Shown piece after piece: positions 1-8,930 of a stretch of DNA of 64,000 bases. The first letter of the stretch is position 1. Each line of letters starts with the position of its first letter. The position numbers and the translations under genes were made by a program. The notes beneath the pieces were generated by a model. It made no database searches, was not told the DNA's origin, and was given only the letters and a program-made list of their open reading frames with translations. The stretch covers positions 32,001 to 96,000 of the forward strand of contig JBFLWF010000003.1 of the NCBI GenBank assembly GCA_040758355.1, in the 5' to 3' direction. Source of the stretch: Nitrospirota bacterium. GTDB lineage: Bacteria; Nitrospirota; Thermodesulfovibrionia; Thermodesulfovibrionales; Dissulfurispiraceae.

Positions 1-1013
1 AAGAGATTTCCGTTTTCGAGCCGCGCCTTTGCATTGCCCTGAAGATCATTTAAATATCCGTTCAGTTTTCCTTCAAAATTCAGGTATCCCTTTAATTTTT
101 CTTTTACTGCGAGCAATTCCATGAGCGTCTCGAGGAACAGATCGCCCTTGATTTTCAAGTCCATAAAAACCTTGTTTGTCCATATCTTTTGGCCTGTCTT
201 CAGGCCATCGATCCTTAACGAACCATGAGCAACTACTTTTCCGTCCCCTCTGTTTTTAAGGCCGAAGACCCTTTTTATGGATTCGGTTAATAGATTTATC
301 TCTGTACCGAACTCACCGCTTAATTTTTCTGTTCCGAATGTTCCGGATGTCTTTATTTCAGAGCCGTGGGATAGTATCCTTAAGCTTTTCAGATCAACTT
401 CCCCTTCTTTAAGAAAGAAAAACATCTCCAGCATGGATGTGAATTCAGGGAACCCCTCTTTCATTACGCTGATACCGTGGGCGGATATCCTGAACCGCGG
501 GGTACGGGATATTGTTATCTCGGCATTCATCCCCTCGGCCAGCAGTTTATAATCTTTGTCCTGAAGTGATAAAACGCCGTTACCGATGTCAACGGATTTT
601 ATGATTACCTTGAAGGGCATTTTTGATTCTTCTGCAAGGTATTTTTTTACATTTTGTGCTATCTCCTCAACCTGCCCTCTATCTGACTGTATAACAGGCC
701 CTTTTATGACGAGCCTCCTTAAGACTATTTCCTTTCTCAACAGTCCGGAGATCCCGACATAGCCTTTGACCCTTTCAGCACTAAAGATACGATTGCCGTT
801 GTCATCAAAGGCCTTCACATCCTTCATCTCTACAAAGAGGGGGAAGATATTTATGTATATCTTCTGGGTTATGAACTTCCTGCCTGTTATCAGTTCAAGC
901 TCAGGCAATATCACTTTTTTTAGGGCATTGGAAATATTGGGACCCCTTAGTGCATAGAAAGAGATGCCTAAGAGAATGGCTAATATTGCGATAGAGATAA
1001 TTCTTTTTTTCAT
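1..1013 (-). CDS. TamB/AsmA-like envelope protein, N-terminal part (runs off window start)
   Basis: Not in ORF track. ATG at 1013 reads MKKRIISIAILAILLGISFYALRGPNISNALKKVILPELE..., an N-terminal membrane anchor followed by beta-rich sequence. No stop seen before position 1. Confidence 0.6.
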   Translation of the reverse strand, partial: MKKRIISIAILAILLGISFYALRGPNISNALKKVILPELELITGRKFITQKIYINIFPLFVEMKDVKAFDDNGNRIFSAERVKGYVGISGLLRKEIVLRRLVIKGPVIQSDRGQVEEIAQNVKKYLAEESKMPFKVIIKSVDIGNGVLSLQDKDYKLLAEGMNAEITISRTPRFRISAHGISVMKEGFPEFTSMLEMFFFLKEGEVDLKSLRILSHGSEIKTSGTFGTEKLSGEFGTEINLLTESIKRVFGLKNRGDGKVVAHGSLRIDGLKTGQKIWTNKVFMDLKIKGDLFLETLMELLAVKEKLKGYLNFEGKLNGYLNDLQGNAKARLENGNL

Positions 1014-1021
1014 AGGTATTG

Positions 1022-3550
1022 CTATAAAATAACGGCCTGAATTGAATTCAGGATATTCATTACAGACCCTGCGTTAAGTTTGCCTCCCCCATGCTGCAGA
1101 TAAAACACATCCCTTGCTACCCTGTCCTCTGTATTAATGACCGCGGACACGATATCAATACCATGTGCGTAAAGCCGTGTTGATATATCATACAACAATC
1201 CAAGCCTGTCATGGGAAAACAACTCAAGTATTGTATATTCCCCGGATGTTTCATTGTCAATTTCAACAAAAGGCGTGAATCGGTAAATGGGTGAATAGGC
1301 GAATGGGTGAATAAGTGGAGTTTCACCAAGTCCTTGAAGCATTGCCCTTTTCATGTCCTCCTTTATCTGTTCTTCCATTCCCTGCCACCACATATCCCTC
1401 CAGTTGGATACCAGTATCTTATCTATCACGAGGCCATCCTTTCCCGTATAAAGCCTTGCACGGAGTATATTCAACCCCCTGAATCCAAGCACGCCAACTA
1501 TTTTCGAAAAAAGGCCTGGCATATCGTCAGTTACTATTGTGAATTCCGCTGTACCGTCTTGTCTTTCTGAAATGGAGACCAGCGGTCTTTTATTAGACGG
1601 CATTATTGCCATCTGGTAGTCGGTATTTATTGCATCAAGGGTATTGGAAATCAAATATCTATCAGGCATATTCTTAACAAACTCTTTAATCTTCCCGTCC
1701 GGTATATTGAGGTATTGTCCTGTAATCCCCATGAGATGTGCCCTTGTCCTGTTGTATATATCGTGAAAGAGGTATGCCTTCCATTCTGTCCAGAAATCGG
1801 GATTGACGGCTGTCATGTCTGCATAGGTCATAAGGTATAATGCATCGAGATTGTCTTTGTTTTCCACAATCTCTGCGAGTTGCGTGACGGTTTCCGGGGC
1901 GTCGATGTCACGCATCAGGGCAAGCTTTGATAACACGATGTGGTTTTTCACAAGGAATTCTATTTTCTGTCTGTCGTTATGTTCTATATTAAATCTCTCC
2001 ATGACGCCTTTAAGTATCCTGTATCCATAATCTTCATGATGTTTCTCAGGGGTACCCTTGCCGATGTCGTGAAGGAGTATGGATAGAAACAGCGTCTCCT
2101 GTTTCACATTTTTTAGAATATCGGCAAGGTACTGCAATTTCTTATGACGTGTATTCTTCAACATTTCGAGATTTCTTATGGCGATGAGGGTATGCTCGTC
2201 CACCGTGTATCTGTGGTAGGGTTCCTGTATAACGAGATGCCGCAATCTGCCGAATTCAGGGATGAACCTGTCGAGGATGCCGGTATCATGCATTTCCCTT
2301 AATGTCTCATATACCCTGTTGCCTTTCAGTATTTCCAGAAAAAGCATTATTGCCCTTCTGGATGACCGTGTCTTTTTATTTATGAAAAGAAATCTGCTCC
2401 TTATGGCATCTCTAACCTGAGGACTGAACTTCCTTCCGGTTATGGAATAAATATGGAATGCCTCAAGGATATTGTCCGTATTTCTAAATAGACCTTTATC
2501 TTTTACAATAATCTCATTTTTCGAGATATAAAAATCATCCGTTATTTTCTTGATACCCACAGGGATAGGGAAATCTACATATTGGCGGCTGCAGATATCG
2601 ACAACTTTTGAGAGGACATCCATTATGTTTTTCGCCTTTTTATAATAAAGCCGCATGAGTATTTCTGATGAGAGGAAACGCTTTGTATCCTTAAGTCCCA
2701 CATTCTTTGCTGTTTCGTCCTGAAACTCGAAGGATAAAATATCGTTTCTTCTCCTTGAGATATAATGCAGGCAAAGCCTTGTCTTTAAAATAAAATCATA
2801 GGCCTTTATGAAGTGGTTATAATCGCTCTCGGATAATATTTCCCTCAGCCCCTCAATTTCGTTTATCCGCCCATGGGTCATCGACAATCCTGTCTTTAAA
2901 AGCCATGACATGGAATGAATATCCCTGAGACCTCCCCTTCCCTCTTTCACATTTGGCTCAAGGAGATACACGGAATCGCCGTATTCACTATGTCTTCTTT
3001 CTATTTCCCTGAGTATATCTCCTACAAATTCCCTTTTCCTTTTAAATAATAGTTTCTGGTAAACATCCCGTCTGAATTCATCAAAGAGGGACTGGTTCCC
3101 TGCAAGGAATCTCGATTCGATCAGTGATGTGCGCGTCTGCAAGTCGTTCATTGCATCTTCTATGCATTCGTTCAGCGTCCTGAAACAGTGGCTTATATTC
3201 AGCCCCATATCCCAGAGGCGATACAGGACAGACTGTGCCGTTTCCGTGCTGCCCGTATCCCGTTTTTTTGCGAGGAGCATAATATCGATATCCGAATAAG
3301 GTGCGACCTCCCTGCGTCCGTAGCCTCCGACAGCAACGAGGGCCAAATCGAGTTCTGAGTCCAGAGTTCCGAGTTCAGAGTTATATACTGAAATGAGAAC
3401 ATTATCAACAATATCCGCCAATTGACAGGCTGTTGATATTCCGTCAGTGCCTGACTTAATGAGTTCTTCAGCCTTATTGCACAAAAGTTCATTAATATTC
3501 TGTCTTCTGTCCTCTATTTTCTGACTCCTGACTCTTGACTCCTGACTCAT
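1022..3550 (-). CDS. glnD: [protein-PII] uridylyltransferase
   Basis: AVGGYGRREVAPYSDIDI NTase motif, EPNVKEGRGGLRD, HD domain (YTVDEH..LLHDIGKG), two C-terminal ACT domains. Confidence 0.96.
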   Translation of the reverse strand: MSQESRVRSQKIEDRRQNINELLCNKAEELIKSGTDGISTACQLADIVDNVLISVYNSELGTLDSELDLALVAVGGYGRREVAPYSDIDIMLLAKKRDTGSTETAQSVLYRLWDMGLNISHCFRTLNECIEDAMNDLQTRTSLIESRFLAGNQSLFDEFRRDVYQKLLFKRKREFVGDILREIERRHSEYGDSVYLLEPNVKEGRGGLRDIHSMSWLLKTGLSMTHGRINEIEGLREILSESDYNHFIKAYDFILKTRLCLHYISRRRNDILSFEFQDETAKNVGLKDTKRFLSSEILMRLYYKKAKNIMDVLSKVVDICSRQYVDFPIPVGIKKITDDFYISKNEIIVKDKGLFRNTDNILEAFHIYSITGRKFSPQVRDAIRSRFLFINKKTRSSRRAIMLFLEILKGNRVYETLREMHDTGILDRFIPEFGRLRHLVIQEPYHRYTVDEHTLIAIRNLEMLKNTRHKKLQYLADILKNVKQETLFLSILLHDIGKGTPEKHHEDYGYRILKGVMERFNIEHNDRQKIEFLVKNHIVLSKLALMRDIDAPETVTQLAEIVENKDNLDALYLMTYADMTAVNPDFWTEWKAYLFHDIYNRTRAHLMGITGQYLNIPDGKIKEFVKNMPDRYLISNTLDAINTDYQMAIMPSNKRPLVSISERQDGTAEFTIVTDDMPGLFSKIVGVLGFRGLNILRARLYTGKDGLVIDKILVSNWRDMWWQGMEEQIKEDMKRAMLQGLGETPLIHPFAYSPIYRFTPFVEIDNETSGEYTILELFSHDRLGLLYDISTRLYAHGIDIVSAVINTEDRVARDVFYLQHGGGKLNAGSVMNILNSIQAVIL

Positions 3551-3552
3551 CT

Positions 3553-4759
3553 TTATTCATACCTCAATGCCACAATCGGGTCGTAAAGGGCTGCCTTTCT
3601 TGCAGGATAGACACCAAAGAAGACGCCTATCATGCCGGAAAATAAAAATGCAATAACAACAGACCACCATGTTATATGTGTGGGCAGAAAATCAAAAAAG
3701 TAATGGAGTCCCACGGACAATGCGATTCCGAGGATAATTCCTCCAACTCCTCCTATGACGCTGAGGATTACCGACTCAGCAAGGAACTGCAATAAGATGT
3801 CCCTGTTCTTTGCGCCAACGGCCTTTCTTATGCCTATCTCCCTTGTCCTCTCTTTGACAGAGACCAGCATTATATTCATAATCCCTATCCCACCCACAAT
3901 AAGCGATATGGTGGCTATTCCTGCAAGGACTGCCGTCATTATGTTAAGGATCTTTCCCATGACAGCTATCATTTCATCCTGGCTGAGAATAGTAAAATCC
4001 TCTTTATTGGCATGTCTCCTCAATCAATATCCCCCTGATCTCTTTTTTTGCCTCATCTATGAGCTCTGCATTTCTCACTTTCACCGTAATATTGAATAAT
4101 CTGTCTGTATCAAACAATTCCAGAGCCGATGTTGTCGGGATAAATACCACGTCATCTATATCAAACCCAAGGGCCATGCCCTTTGGCGCCATGATCCCTA
4201 TGACCCGGTATTTTGTATCGCCTATGGAAACCACTGCTCCGAGCGGGTTTGAGTCGCCTATTACCTCCTTTTTCACTGTCCTTCCAAGGACGCATACCTT
4301 TTGTCTCGAATCCACATCCGAGGCATTGATTCCCCTTCCGATTTCGATTTTCAGGTTTCTTATGTCGAAATAGGGATCTGTAACTCCTACAATATACGTA
4401 TCCCTGCTTTTCCCCTTGTATTTTATCCACGATGTGCCCAGGATTACAGGAACAGCATGAATTATGTTCTTTGCCCTTTTCTCGATAAACCTTGCCTCAT
4501 CATAGGTGATCTTTCTGACAACGGATGTCCCCATATGCATGCCGCCCTCTTTCGATGTCTTTCCATGCACAACGATGAGTATATTTGAGCCGAGCTCTCC
4601 CAACTCCTTGTATATCTCCCTTCTTGCCCCTTCTCCGATGGATACGAGCAGGATAACTGCCCCGACTCCGATTATTATCCCTATCATTGTGAGGGCGGAT
4701 CGTATCTTGTTTACAAACAACGAATCCTTCGCAACACTTATTGTCTCAATAACATCCAC
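3553..4759 (-). pseudogene. MacB/FtsX-family ABC permease split by a frameshift near 4021-4028
   Basis: ORF 4004-4759 is the N-terminal half (RSALTMIGIIIGVGAVI). ORF 3553-4023 is the C-terminal half (GGIGIMNIMLVSVKERTREIGIRKAVGA...DPIVALRYE) in another frame. Together ~400 aa. Confidence 0.8.
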
Positions 4760-5417
4760 TGAAGCATACCCCGTCTTTTATTGTGATTATCCTTTCTGCA
4801 TGCTCCGAGATGGATTTCTCGTGTGTAACCATTATTATGGTAGCGCCTTCCTTGTGTATGGACTTAAATATATCCATTATCTCCTGCCCTGTTTTTGAAT
4901 CAAGGTTTCCTGTTGGCTCGTCGGCAAGTATCAGTGAAGGATTATTTATCAGGGCCCTCGCTATGGAGACCCTCTGCTGCTCTCCACCAGAAAGCTCGCT
5001 CGGCAGATGGTTTGCGCGATGAGAAAGGCCAACCTTTTGTAAAAGTTCAAAGGCCCTCTTATTTCTTTCCTCTGAAGGTATTCCGCTGTAAAGCAACGGC
5101 AGCACAACATTTTTAATGGCAGAGAGTCTTGGTATGAGATTAAAAGTCTGAAAGACAAATCCTATCTTTCTATTCCGTATCTCTGCCAGTTCATTGTCAG
5201 ACAGGGTGCTTATATCGATGCTGTCCAGCAGGTATTTTCCCGATGTTGGCCTGTCAAGGCATCCTATGAGATTTAAAAGCGTTGATTTTCCCGAACCAGA
5301 AGGCCCCATTATTGAGAGGAATTCACCTTCTTTTATCTCAAGGGTTATGCCCTTCAAAACCTCAACTACTCTGCCCGGCAGGATATAGCTTTTTTTGATA
5401 TCATCAAGTATGACCAT
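4746..5417 (-). CDS. ABC transporter ATP-binding protein (MacB/LolD type)
   Basis: GPSGSGKST Walker [10 protein letters not shown] signature, [11 protein letters not shown]. Confidence 0.93.
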   Translation of the reverse strand: MVILDDIKKSYILPGRVVEVLKGITLEIKEGEFLSIMGPSGSGKSTLLNLIGCLDRPTSGKYLLDSIDISTLSDNELAEIRNRKIGFVFQTFNLIPRLSAIKNVVLPLLYSGIPSEERNKRAFELLQKVGLSHRANHLPSELSGGEQQRVSIARALINNPSLILADEPTGNLDSKTGQEIMDIFKSIHKEGATIIMVTHEKSISEHAERIITIKDGVCFSGCY

Positions 5418-6508
5418 TACTTCCTTTTAACCCTTATCCCATCCCTAAGCTTTGGCGTATCAGGGTTTATTATCACCTCATCGCCCTCGCTTATCCCTGA
5501 CAAGACCTCTGTATACGTCCAGTTGGAGCGCCCTGTTTTTACCTGAACAAGCCTTGCCTTTGAATCCTTTACAACATATGCAAATGAGTTCCCATTCCTT
5601 TCAATTACAGCCTGTGACGGGATAATGAGGGCATTGTCCGCCTTATCGACAATTACCTCCACCTCAGCAGACATGCCGGGCTTTATGGCAGGCGGCATCT
5701 CTTTCAGTCTCGCCCTTACCTCAAATGTCCTCGTCTCCTGTTTGCCTCCTGTAACAACAGGAGAGACCCTGTAGACCACGCCTTTAAAAACCCTGTCCTG
5801 ATAGGCATCCATTGTTATATTGATCTCTTTGCCGATGGATACCCTTGATATATCAGCCTCGTCTATAAACCCCTCCACATAGAGGGAATCTATGGACACG
5901 ACCGTCCCCATGATGTTGCCCTTTACGATAGTATCTCCCAGTTCCACAAACCTTGCAGTGACAACACCATCTATAGGAGACCTTATGAATGAGTAACTGT
6001 AATTTAATTTCGCTATTGCGAGGGAATTCTCTGCCTCTTTAACCGAGGCATCTGCAACTGCATGTTCTTTTTCTGTCAAATCGAGCTCTGCTTCCGATAT
6101 ATATCCTGCCTTGATTAATTCCTTTGCCCTCTTTAACCTCTTATCTGTTTCTGACAATATGGCCCTTGCCTTTTGCAGAGTGGCTTCTGCGAGTTTTAGA
6201 TTCAGATATTCTTCTTCAGAATCAAGCTCGGTAATAACTTTTTTATTGTCGACAAAAGTGCCTTCATCGAACAAGAGTTTTGTTATCCTTCCTGTCCGCT
6301 GAGAACTTATCCTCGCCTCTGTCTCTGCCTTGATAGTCCCTGTGGATGTGGCAGTAACAGTAATCAAAAAGGGCTGGCGCTGTATGGTTGCTGTTTTTAC
6401 ATCAACACCCCGTGAAACTTTCAACAGCAGCACTATTGCGATTATGATAAAGACTGAAACGGCGATGATTTTTATACCTTTTCGCACTGGCAATCCCTTA
6501 AAAACCAA
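5417..6508 (-). CDS. Efflux periplasmic adaptor subunit (MacA/HlyD family)
   Basis: N-terminal TM, lipoyl/coiled-coil hairpin, IRSPIDGVV, KPGMSAEV. Start may be GTG at 6487. Confidence 0.88.
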   Translation of the reverse strand: MVFKGLPVRKGIKIIAVSVFIIIAIVLLLKVSRGVDVKTATIQRQPFLITVTATSTGTIKAETEARISSQRTGRITKLLFDEGTFVDNKKVITELDSEEEYLNLKLAEATLQKARAILSETDKRLKRAKELIKAGYISEAELDLTEKEHAVADASVKEAENSLAIAKLNYSYSFIRSPIDGVVTARFVELGDTIVKGNIMGTVVSIDSLYVEGFIDEADISRVSIGKEINITMDAYQDRVFKGVVYRVSPVVTGGKQETRTFEVRARLKEMPPAIKPGMSAEVEVIVDKADNALIIPSQAVIERNGNSFAYVVKDSKARLVQVKTGRSNWTYTEVLSGISEGDEVIINPDTPKLRDGIRVKRK

Positions 6509-6582
6509 TATTGTTTTTTTGCCCTATTAACTATAGCATCTTGCATAGTAAAATTAAAAATTTTAATAGATATATAGCCTCG

Positions 6583-6612
6583 TTGAAACACTGTATATTA
6601 TTGTGCTAAAGT
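6583..6612 (+). promoter_or_regulatory. Putative sigma70 promoter of the fdh operon
   Basis: TTGAAA-N18-TAAAGT with extended TG upstream of -10, in an AT-rich divergent intergenic region. Confidence 0.4.
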
Positions 6613-6645
6613 CTATAACTTTACCGAAACCGAGAGGAAAATCCA

Positions 6646-7113
6646 TTGGAAGACACACTGAAATCACTCGCAAATAATTTCAAAGAAAAAGAAGGCAATA
6701 TTATCTCCCTTTTGCAGGAGACGCAGGACGCCTTTGGCTACATACCCGAAGATGCCGTATATTTTTTCTCAAAGGAGCTTGATATTCCAGCGAGCCGCTT
6801 TTTCGGCGTTGCCACATTTTATGCGCAGTTTTATCTCAAACCGAGAGGCAAAAATATAATTACCGCCTGCTGCGGAACCGCCTGTCATGTGAAAGGAGCG
6901 GAAAAACTCATAAACAACGCAAAGAGGGAGCTAAACCTTACAGATGAAAATAATACCACCGATGATAAAAAATTCACCCTTGAACAGGTGGCTTGTGTTG
7001 GCGCATGCAGCATTGCACCTGTTGTGATAATCAACAAAAAGGTCTATGGGAAGATGACAACCGATAAACTTACAAAAGAGATTAAGACATTAAGGCAGGA
7101 AAGTAATGCCTGA
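6646..7113 (+). CDS. NuoE/HydC-like [2Fe-2S] subunit
   Basis: GVATFYAQF, CCGTACHVKG, ACVGACSIAP. TTG start after GAGGA. Confidence 0.92.
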   Translation: MEDTLKSLANNFKEKEGNIISLLQETQDAFGYIPEDAVYFFSKELDIPASRFFGVATFYAQFYLKPRGKNIITACCGTACHVKGAEKLINNAKRELNLTDENNTTDDKKFTLEQVACVGACSIAPVVIINKKVYGKMTTDKLTKEIKTLRQESNA

Positions 7114-8887
7114 ATCTAAAATAAATCTCGAAATAAAGGTATGTATGGGCACCGGCGGCATTGCTGCAGGAGGCACAGAGGTGCTCGCAGCATTTGATTC
7201 GGCATTAAAAGAGCGGGACATTCAGGCTGAATTGCAGATGGGATGCTCTATGCATAAGGTCGGCTGCCGGGGCCTGTGCGCTAAAGATGTGCTTGTCGAT
7301 GTGATAATCAACGATAATAAGGCGACCTATCAATACATAAAACCGGAGATGGTTCAAAGGATTGTGGATGAACATATTGTCGGCGGCAATCCGGTTGCAG
7401 ATTGGCTGGTTGCGGATGATTATCACAATTTCCACAAAAAGCAGGTAAAGGTTGTTCTTTCCGATTGCGGGAACATTGACCCCGAAAATATAGACTCCTA
7501 TATAGCTGCTGGTGGTTATAAGGCAACTGAGAAGGTCTTTAGATCGATGAATCCCGATACCGTCATAGCAGAGATAAAGAAATCAGGCCTGAGAGGCAGA
7601 GGCGGGGCAGGCTTCCCAACAGGCGTTAAATGGGAAGCATGCAGGGGTATGCAATCAGAACAAAAATATATCATATGCAATGCGGACGAAGGCGATCCCG
7701 GCGCATTCATGGACAGGGCTGTTATAGAGGGCAATCCCCATGCCGTTATCGAAGGCATGGTCATAGGAGCATATGCAATCGGAGCGAGCAAGGGATATGT
7801 ATATATAAGGGCAGAATATCCGCTTGCTGTTGAGAGGCTCAAACTCGCCATCAAAACAGCGAGAGAGCGGAAATTCCTCGGAAATAACATACTCGATTCC
7901 GGCTTCAGCTTTGACATAAAGATAAAGCTTGGCGCAGGCGCATTTGTATGCGGAGAAGAGACGGCTCTTATCGCATCCATCGAAGGGCAACGTGGAATGC
8001 CGAGGGCAAAGCCGCCCTTCCCTGTTTATCAGGGCTTATGGGGAAAACCAACCGTTATCAATAATGTGGAAACCCTTGCAAATATACCGTATATCATAAA
8101 TAAAGGTGCTGACTGGTATTCATCCTATGGTACGGAAAAATCAAAAGGCACAAAGGTCTTTGCACTAACAGGAAAGGTAAAAAATACAGGCCTCATTGAG
8201 GTCCCAATGGGAATAACCCTGATGGAAATAATCTATGATATCGGTGGAGGAATAGAAAACAACAAAAAGCTGAAGGCTGTCCAGACAGGCGGGCCTTCAG
8301 GAGGATGCATAACACCCGATATGCTCGACATAAATGTGGATTACGAATCCCTAGCTAAAGTCGGCTCTATCGTGGGCTCAGGCGGAATGATAGTCCTTGA
8401 CGAGGATGACTGTATGGTCAACGTTGCCAAATATTTTCTCTCATTTACTCAGGCGGAATCATGCGGCAAGTGCGTTCCATGCAGAATAGGCACAAAGAGA
8501 CTTCTCGAAATGCTCGACAGAATTACCAAAGGAAAAGGCAAGGAAGGAGATATAGAACTCTTAGAGAAATTGAGCAGCGATGTAAAGGCTGCTTCCCTGT
8601 GCGGTCTCGGACAGACAGCCCCGAATCCGGTTCTAAGCACCATTAAATACTTCAGGGAAGAATACGAGGCGCATTTGCAGGGGAAATGCCCTGCAAAGGT
8701 GTGCAGGGATCTTCTGACATATCACATAATCGAAGAATTCTGTAAAGGCTGTGGAGCATGTATGAGGGCATGTCCTGCAGGGGCTATAACAGGAGAGAAA
8801 AAGAAGCCCCATAAGATAGCTCCCGAGATATGCATCAAATGCGGGGCATGTTTTGATGTATGCAAATTCAAGGCAGTAGGAAGATAA
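7106..8887 (+). CDS. NuoF/HydB-like FMN/NADH-binding subunit with thioredoxin-like N-domain and C-terminal 2x[4Fe-4S]
   Basis: GLRGRGGAGFPTG, CNADEGDPGAFMDR, GAGAFVCGEETAL, GGPSGG, ESCGKCVPCRIG, two C-terminal CxxCxxCxxxC motifs. Confidence 0.94.
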   Translation: MPESKINLEIKVCMGTGGIAAGGTEVLAAFDSALKERDIQAELQMGCSMHKVGCRGLCAKDVLVDVIINDNKATYQYIKPEMVQRIVDEHIVGGNPVADWLVADDYHNFHKKQVKVVLSDCGNIDPENIDSYIAAGGYKATEKVFRSMNPDTVIAEIKKSGLRGRGGAGFPTGVKWEACRGMQSEQKYIICNADEGDPGAFMDRAVIEGNPHAVIEGMVIGAYAIGASKGYVYIRAEYPLAVERLKLAIKTARERKFLGNNILDSGFSFDIKIKLGAGAFVCGEETALIASIEGQRGMPRAKPPFPVYQGLWGKPTVINNVETLANIPYIINKGADWYSSYGTEKSKGTKVFALTGKVKNTGLIEVPMGITLMEIIYDIGGGIENNKKLKAVQTGGPSGGCITPDMLDINVDYESLAKVGSIVGSGGMIVLDEDDCMVNVAKYFLSFTQAESCGKCVPCRIGTKRLLEMLDRITKGKGKEGDIELLEKLSSDVKAASLCGLGQTAPNPVLSTIKYFREEYEAHLQGKCPAKVCRDLLTYHIIEEFCKGCGACMRACPAGAITGEKKKPHKIAPEICIKCGACFDVCKFKAVGR

Positions 8888-8930
8888 TAATGGAGTATCG
8901 GGGTGACGGAGTATTTGGAGGAGATATAAA

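Noticed and set aside
6601..6618. Rex operator at the fdh promoter (TTGTGC..CTATAA)
   Set aside because: Too many mismatches to TTGTGAA-N4-TTCACAA.
6646..8887. Respiratory complex I nuoEF
   Set aside because: No other nuo genes are adjacent. Domain architecture and linkage to fdhF indicate a soluble HydBC-type module.
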